From Spizellomyces punctatus DAOM BR117 (lineage: Eukaryota): a stretch of 29,788 nucleotides of DNA. The stretch lies in assembly GCA_000182565.2 (NCBI GenBank), contig KQ257463.1; one strand, written 5' to 3'. A program made the position numbers and the translations under genes. Under the pieces are notes generated by a model. That model saw only the letters and a list, made by a program, of their open reading frames with translations. It did not search any database and was not told where the DNA came from. This document shows, piece after piece, positions 23,001 through 29,788 of the stretch (within the stretch, counting starts at the first letter, position 1; each line of letters opens with the position of its first letter).

Positions 23001-23583
23001 TACAGAGCATCTACCTAAACCTCATTTTTTCTTATAGAACGTAATGATGGGTCTGCTAGTCCAAGAGATAGAAGAAAACTTTGAAGCCAAAGGATTTCTT
23101 ATAGGTGAGGATGTGACAGCTTTTGTTAAACGTCCAGTNNNNNNNNNNNNNNNNNNNNNNNNNNNNNNNNNNNNNNNNNNNNNNNNNNNNNNNNNNNNNN
23201 NNNNNNNNNNNNNNNNNNNNNNNNNNNNNNNNNNNNNNNNNNNNNNNNNNNNNNNNNNNNNNNNNNNNNNNNNNNNNNNNNNNNNNNNNNNNNNNNNNNN
23301 NNNNNNNNNNNNNNNNNNNNNNNNNNNNNNNNNNNNNNNNNNNNNNNNNNNNNNNNNNNNNNNNNNNNNNNNNNNNNNNNNNNNNNNNNNNNNNNNNNNN
23401 NNNNNNNNNNNNNNNTCCTGTTGTTGAGTACTACAAGAGAAAGAATCGCTGCATTGAGGTATTCCAAGCAATAGTTCTATCGTCTTTTATCGTACTTAAT
23501 TTGATTCATTCTAGATTTCATCCATACCACCAGTGGATGAAGTGTATGCGGAAGCTAGGAAACATTTTGAGGAAGAAATGTAG
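20020..23583 (+). CDS. AK5-like adenylate/UMP-CMP kinase: N-terminal dimerization-docking (RIIa/Dpy-30-like) domain plus three kinase domains, many introns, spans an assembly gap
   Basis: DATTYFERNHINQILE/SIVTGLTFTRPDDPLAYIEDC (D/D domain). Three copies of VFxLGGPGxGKGTQC...H(L/I)SxGDLLR.E...GxxVPM...GFLI; LLxRGxTSGRxDDNxETIxKRF is visible in domains 1 and 2. Stop TAG at 23581-23583. Confidence 0.9.
23139..23415. other. Assembly gap (277 N)
   Basis: Run of N inside the third kinase domain. Confidence 1.
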
Positions 23584-23762
23584 GGAGGGTAGACGATGGG
23601 GTAAAATATACCAGCTTTTGGATGTCGCTGCTTTGGTCATCATTGAAAGCCACGTGATTATGATGATAAATATATACCTGGGAGATGATAAGCTACTGGC
23701 GCAGTCTAGCGAGAAAGACGAACAAGCATCCAAATTGTCCACAGAAACGGTCAACGAACGAG

Positions 23763-26700
23763 ATGGCAAGATACCGCTCTCGCTCACGTTCCCGTTCTCA
23801 GGACTCCAGAGACAAGGACGCCTCACCAGAGTATAAGCGACGAAAGCATGACGACGACGACCATGGCTCTCGTCGCAAGGAGCACAGGGACCGTTCAAGC
23901 AGAAAACATCGGTCAGAAAGGGACAGAGACAGCCGGCGGGATCGTAGCAAAGATCGAAGCAAAGACAAATCACGCAGTGAGAGATCTCGGCATTCCAAGT
24001 CCAAAGACGAGGATCGTGATGGCCATAAGGAGAAAGATCACCGCAGCGACAGAGAGCGGTCTGGGTCGGTGACACACCCTACGGTGGAATCCAGCACAAA
24101 TGGCCAGACACGGACAGAACACACGGTAAGAACTGATGGGAAGGAGAGCCCAAAGCGCCTCAGCGATGCTATGGACATCGATACCGTGGACCACCGGCAG
24201 CAAAATAATGGTCAGATGCATACAACAGGGCAAAATGTCGCCGTGAAGACCGGGTCAGCTGTCAAGGTATGTACAGTTTGACATTACTCACTCCTTGGAC
24301 AGTGGTATTTATGTGGCTTGCACGGCAGACCAACGAGTCAGGGAAAGACGAGAAACAGGTGCAGGTATGTGTTTCGATTGTGATTCATGTTCTCTCTCAC
24401 GGGCCTCCATATCATGCGTAACCCCATCATTTCAGGAGCAACCTGCTACACCAGTAACTGATGCAGAAGAGAAGTTGCGACAGCGACGAGAGCGAATTGA
24501 ACAGTGGCGACGGGAAAGAGCAGCAAAGGAAGCCGCAGAAAAAGGTGCCGAGGAGACCTCGACGGCGGAGGCGAGCCCGGTCTCGGTAAAGAAGGGAGAC
24601 GGAGTAATTCCGGAGAAGGATGGCAATATAACTACCAAGTCGCGTGGTGCAGTCGCAACAGGTAAGATGACCTAAATGCAGCTCAATATGACCGGCAACC
24701 AACTGAGCTTTACTATTTTGGTCAGGCGGGCCAGCACCCACAACCACATCACCAAATCATGTGGTCCGGAAGAGAGAATCATCTATAGCCTTTGGTGCTT
24801 CTGGATCAAAGCCAGGTCCCAAGTCGGTTGCAAAGTTCGGGTTTGGTAAATCGGTGAAATCCGGAATATCTATCAAACCGACCGTTATAGCCCCCAAGCC
24901 ATTAGCGATAAAGCCAAAGTCGGCCTTTAGCTTTGAAGCGGATGATGACGAGGCAGCAGTGTCTAGATTACCCAGTAAAAAGCTGCGGATGTTAGGCACA
25001 GACGATATGGAGGTGGATGCTGGCAAGGCCACCGAGAACGATGATGATCAGGATACTCTGGAAGCGTTTATGGAGGATGTAAACACTGAAGTTCAGAAGC
25101 TGAATGAGGATGACCAATTGGCGCAACAACAAAACGAACCTATGGACGTAAATGAAGCCAACGATCAAGAAGATGATCAAGAGGCCATGAGTGACGACCC
25201 TGATGATTTGATTGCAGCTGCTGCTAAAAAGCTGGCGGCGAAGCGCAAGGATTTGGCACCAGTCGATCATAGTACTCAACATTACGAGCCGTTCCGAAAA
25301 GATTTCTATATTGAACCACCTGAACTTGGGGATATGACTAATGAGGAAGTAGAACTAAAGCGAGCAGAACTAGATGGTATCAAGATTCGTGGAGTCAGGT
25401 GCCCCAAGCCAATTGAGAAGTGGACGCAGTTTGGTCTTCCAGGAGGAGTTGGTGAAGTGATAAGGAGGATTTTGAAGTATGACAGGCCCACACCAATTCA
25501 AGCGCAAGCTATACCGGCGGTTATGAGTGGGAGGGATGTCATTGGCATCGCCAAAACGGGATCGGGAAAGGTATGTATGTCTTGTCTACGTGTTGCATTG
25601 TTCATCTCATTAATGAACGACATGGTTGTAGACGATCGCTTTTCTGCTTCCAATGTTCCGACATATCAAAGATCAACGTCCTTTGGAAGCTCAAGAAGGA
25701 CCAATCGCGCTTATCATGACCCCAACACGAGAGCTTGCAGTGCAAATCCACAAAGAATGCAAACATTTTGCTCGGGCACTGAATCTCCGTGCAGTTTGTT
25801 GTTATGGCGGTTCACCGATTAAAGACCAGATCGCGGAACTGAAAAGGGGAGCTGAAATTATCATCTGTACACCAGGAAGAATGATTGATTTGCTGTGCGC
25901 GAACAGCGGCAGAGTTACAAATCTAAAACGTGTTACCTACCTTGTCCTTGATGAAGCGGACCGTATGTTTGACATGGGATTCGAGCCTCAGGTCATGCGG
26001 ATCGTTAACAACGTGCGCCCCGATAGGCAGACTATCCTGTTTTCAGCTACATTTCCGCGAAAAATGGAAGCGCTTGCTCGAAAGATTCTGCAAAAGCCAC
26101 TGGAAATTACCGTCGGCGGCAGGAGTGTTGTGGCGTCCGATGTCACTCAAATTGTCGAGGTGTTACAGGACGATAATGCTAAATTCTTACGGTTGCTCGA
26201 CATTCTTGGTCGCACATTCAATGAAGATCAGGATGCGAAAGTGTTGATTTTCACTGATCGGCAAGAAGCTGCGGACAACCTTCTCACCCTACTTCTTCGA
26301 AAGGGATATCCATGTCAGTCGCTTCACGGCGGAAAAGATCAAGCTGATAGGGATTCCACTATTTCCGATTTCAAAACAGGAAATACAAATATCTTGATTG
26401 CAACATCGGTGGCTGCTCGAGGTTTGGATGTCAAACAGCTGAAAGTCGTCATCAATTACGAATGTCCCAACCATATGGAAGATTATGTTCATCGTGTTGG
26501 ACGCACAGGCCGTGCGGGGAACAAGGGTACAGCGTACACATTCATTACGCCTGATCAGGAGAAGTTTGCGGTGGATATTGTAAAGGCGTTGACTATGAGC
26601 GAGGTGCAAGTGCCAGAGGATTTGCAAAAGCTTGCAGACTCATTCATTCAGAAGGTGAAGACAGGCGCGGCGCAGTATTCTTCGTCTGGGTTTGGCGGGA

Positions 26701-27436
26701 AAGGTTTGGAAAAATTGGAAAAGGAGCGGGACATGGTGAAGAAGCTTCAAAAGAAAGCTCATGGTGCTGCTTTCGATGACGAAGATGATGAGGAAGATGA
26801 AGACGTCAAGTTCGAGGCAAAGGCAGTGCCAGCGGGGGCAGCTCCTCCACCAGTCGCTGGGGATAGTACAGCCACGACACCAGCTGCCAATGGAGGCGGT
26901 TTGGCATCGGCGGCGGTCAAAGCTGCACAAGAGGCAGCCGCAAAAGTTAATGCCGCTGTGGGTGCGTCCGGAGCAGCCAGAGCTCGCGACATTATTGCGG
27001 AAATCAATGCAAAATTCAAGGATGCGGCTGCAGGAGTCGGCGGCGAGGACAAGAAGCAAGCATCAGAGGCTGCATATGCATATGAGATTGAAATCAACGA
27101 CTATCCGCAAAAGGCACGTTGGCGCGTTACAAACAAGGAGCAAATTTCACAAATCACCGAGCTCAGTGGTGCAGCCATTACAACAAGAGGCACCTACTTT
27201 CCTCCCGGCAAGCAACCTGGACTTGGAGAACGCAAGTTGTACTTGGTAAGTCAATTCTGTTGCATCCTCAAACACTGCCGATATGAATCTGACAAGATAC
27301 TCTATAGTTTATTGAAGGTGATACGCAGATCGTCATTGATAAAGCAAAGGCTGAAATCAAACGTATCATTACGGAGGCTACCATCTCCAGTATGGAGAGC
27401 GAGGCTGCGGGTGGTGCTCGCTACTCAGTTCTGTGA
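23763..27436 (+). CDS. PRP5: Pre-mRNA-processing DEAD-box RNA helicase Prp5/DDX46
   Basis: RS/RD-rich N-terminus, [86 protein letters not shown], and KH-like C-terminus [13 protein letters not shown]...RYSVL. Stop at 27434-27436. Confidence 0.97.
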
Positions 27437-28236
27437 TGTAACCTGCTCGACGCGGTGTGACGTCGCATGTAGATAAGTTTAGATTGCACCTGCATATATG
27501 GAAAACACGATGTTTTGTGTGTACTTTATTACTACAGAAGGAAATATCGTCTAGTTAATCAATTGTCTACGACTGCCGCAGGAAAGGTTCTGTAGACAGC
27601 GACAACCATGCAGGTTCAGTTGACCTAATCAGAGTCTGTAGATTGGAGAGACTCCATAAGAGGGGGCAAACCCACGCCAGCTGTTGAAGAAAATGCGGCC
27701 ATTCATGGAATTCCGGAAGAAGACCCGCATGTTACCATGGTCCTCCATGGCCACGAGCTGCCCCCGAGCTACGCGGACATTGACAAGCCACATGGTCCGG
27801 ATGGACAAGCCTACCACTCCCTCTCGCGACGTGCTAGATACGTGCGCCGTTTGTACCTTGCACTTCATGGAAGTCTCCCGCCCTCTGTGCCGACCATATA
27901 TATAGCTCCCGATGACGTTGTTTGTGTTGTTACCCTTGTTTGTTTGTGACTGGGTTTTCCAAAACTTCCCACGGTTTCTCTCACATCGCCCGTCGACCGT
28001 GTACTTCAGTGATGGACAGATCAATCGCGAGACACGCACCCAGTCTCAACCGTCGATATTAGGCCCGGCTGCTGATTTCCTAATCAGCCAGTGGTGCACG
28101 TCCGCATCGCCAAATGGGGTAAGGGAGCCCCACCGCGCGTAATTGGGAAGGATTTCGATTGCTCCTTCCCTGTGGTCGGACCAGCCGTGGGCGATGACCC
28201 AGTGCCATGTCTATCCTGCGTTCCGCCAGCACGATT

Positions 28237-28824
28237 CTAATTCACGTCGCTCGTGCTCATAGCTGCCTGCGTTCTGTTGTTGTTTATCTGCTCGGACGGC
28301 CGGTGTGAGCGGAGAACTTCCACCACACCACGATGGCAAACCATCCAAGGAGTCCCCCCATCGCGAGCAGCATCAAAACGCACCTCCTTGCTGACGCCGC
28401 CGTCGGTGCCGTGGATGCGTAGAAGGCCACCCCGACTTGTCGGCATACCTGTTGTCGCAGCAGGTAGACACGCGCGCCAACTTGCCGTCACCCTCTTATG
28501 CCCTGCTTGGAAGCAAGCAGAATCGCAGCAGGATTGACCGAGTGTATTCCGGTCGCTAGTGGCTGTCGGGTGCCGATGGTGGGCTTGCAATGATGCGTTG
28601 GTAAATGCCTGCCCTGGCGAACTAGTCTTCCACAGGAGCTCTTACTTCCTTTTTGGCCAAATCATCGCACTCATGGCGCTGATGGCTGACGCGTATTCTT
28701 TGCCTGTTTTGTAGTCGTCGAAGCGGATCTGGCTCCAATGGTGTTCCACACTCTGGGGAGGAGCGCTGAGGCAGTCAATGAGATTTATTGCAACCGGCGT
28801 TTGGTAGCGCAAGACTTGCGGCAT
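28237..28824 (-). mobile_element. Probable decayed Ty1/copia LTR-retrotransposon gag remnant
   Basis: Two same-frame ORFs (28642-28824 and 28237-28590) are split by a stop. EHHWSQIRFDDYKTGKEYASAISAM...K*ELLWKT...LQAHHR resembles my recollection of the copia gag (UBN2-like) segment W..LR..D(F/Y)K....Y.SA......LLEKT. No LTRs or RT recognised. Confidence 0.45.
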
Positions 28825-28829
28825 CGCTT

Positions 28830-29000
28830 GGAGTCACAGCCGCGAGTGGAGTTACAAGCGGACGTGTAGCTGCATTACGTGAAACTAAAGCAGCGCGTGG
28901 AGTCACAGCGGCGCGAGGAGTTACAACTGGGCGGCGTGTTGCTGCACCTCGTGGAACTACAGCAGCGCGCGGAGTCACAGCCGAGGGAGGAGCTGCAGGT
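28830..29000 (-). repeat. Degenerate codon-phased tandem repeat (69 nt + 72 nt + partial, built of ~18-nt subunits)
   Basis: GGAGTCACAGC starts at 28830, 28899 and 28971. The minus strand reads AAVTPR/PVVTPR/AAVVPR repeats. Confidence 0.85.
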
Positions 29001-29027
29001 GTGCGTGCAGCTGCACCGCGTCCCTGA

Positions 29028-29078
29028 GCATTTTGACATCCCCGGCATGACGCAGTCATGCCGGGGAAGTCAAAATGC
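29028..29078. repeat. Near-perfect inverted repeat, 24-bp stem with 3-nt loop
   Basis: GCATTTTGACATCCCCGGCATGAC-GCA-GTCATGCCGGGGAAGTCAAAATGC, with 23 of 24 positions pairing. Confidence 0.95.
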
Positions 29079-29567
29079 ATCCGAATTCTATACAGCTGCA
29101 CCTTTACGGAGCCCCAGAGGTTAATAGGGCTCTTCTTTCTAAAAAATACATGAAGTGAAAGACCAAAAACGGAAGAGAATTTCGATTGAAGAATTGAACT
29201 GATCATTAGGATTTGATGTTCGTTTCATTTATCCGCTATCCTTGTTTACAAAGTCAACCCTAAGGTTGCAACTGCGAGGTCTAACTTTCCATTCAATAAT
29301 CCTCAGAGCGCTGAAGTGCGTCAAAACTAGACCGCGAGTTCTTGTTGAGAAGGATTTTATGAAAGATGGTGTATTACGTGATAGACATGACTACTCCTGT
29401 CCTCCTTATCAAGGAGTTGGTGACTCAGCCGCAGTCACACACGGTGGCGTGACTTGCACCTGACTGATCATGTGACTGGTCATCTGACCCAGATCACAAC
29501 AAAGGACGCCGCACCTCCCCCACATTCAACAGTTCTGACTTCCTTGACCTGCGATCCTATCCGGAAA

Positions 29568-29788
29568 ATGTCCAAAGATATCGCGAAGCATAACCTCAGA
29601 TATGATAAGGTGGTACATTTCACCCTGCCAATGGAAATTCACGTGAATTCCGTTTCACTTGCCGGGCTGCTTGGAATTGGCATCCTGCTTTCGAGAAAAG
29701 GAACACGATTGCACCGCAAAATGGGTCGTGTCTGGGCTGGTCTAACGACATCTGGAACGGTATCCAGTTTCTTTGTCACGGAGTTCGC
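29568..29788 (+). CDS. DUF2306-like predicted membrane protein, 5' part (runs off the window)
   Basis: Open from ATG 29568 to the window end: MSKDIAKHNLRYDKVVHFTLPMEIHVNSVSLAGLLGIGILLSRKGTRLHRKMGRVWAGLTTSGTVSSFFVTEF. It carries the IH...LG......KGT.LHR.(L/M)GRVW....SSFF signature. It is absent from the ORF track because no stop falls in the window. Confidence 0.75.
   Translation, partial: MSKDIAKHNLRYDKVVHFTLPMEIHVNSVSLAGLLGIGILLSRKGTRLHRKMGRVWAGLTTSGTVSSFFVTEF

Noticed and set aside
23022-23836. ORFs containing long X runs
   Set aside because: Artefacts of translating through the N gap.
23763-24060. Repetitive purine-rich sequence at the start of PRP5
   Set aside because: This is the ordinary RS/RD-rich N-terminus of Prp5/DDX46.
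28830-29000. Repeat array as CRISPR-like
   Set aside because: Units are contiguous, degenerate and multiples of 3 with no unique spacers, the context is eukaryotic, and there are no cas genes.
29647-29661. 15-bp match (AATTCCGTTTCACTT) to the reverse complement of part of repeat copy 2
   Set aside because: About one such match is expected by chance in a 30-kb self-comparison, and it lies inside a coding region.

Overview
Gene-dense, intron-rich eukaryotic DNA with short GT-AG introns of about 50-90 nt. It is most consistent with a zoosporic fungus (chytrid-like); this is inferred from fungal-type Mub1/SamB, Stc1-like and PRY genes together with an AK5-like adenylate kinase. Spliced genes reconstructed by hand: TFIIE-alpha (partial, -), WDR24/Sea2 (+), F-box/LRR (-), dual-RING protein (-), coiled-coil protein with four CCCH-CCHC zinc fingers (-), Stc1-like protein (-), Mub1/SamB MYND protein (-), CAP/PR-1 protein (-), D/D-domain plus three-adenylate-kinase protein (+, spans an assembly gap), Prp5/DDX46 (+), and the start of a DUF2306-like membrane protein (+). 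The standout is a ~3.4 kb segment bracketed by an ~87-bp direct repeat (6518-6604 and 9896-9981). It carries one intronless 854-aa gene joining a GHKL-type ATPase to a C-terminal HExxH zinc-metallopeptidase-like domain, a candidate mobile or acquired ATPase-protease cassette. The right end has a probable decayed Ty1/copia gag remnant, a codon-phased repeat array and a 24-bp near-perfect hairpin. All family calls come from motif recognition, not database searches.
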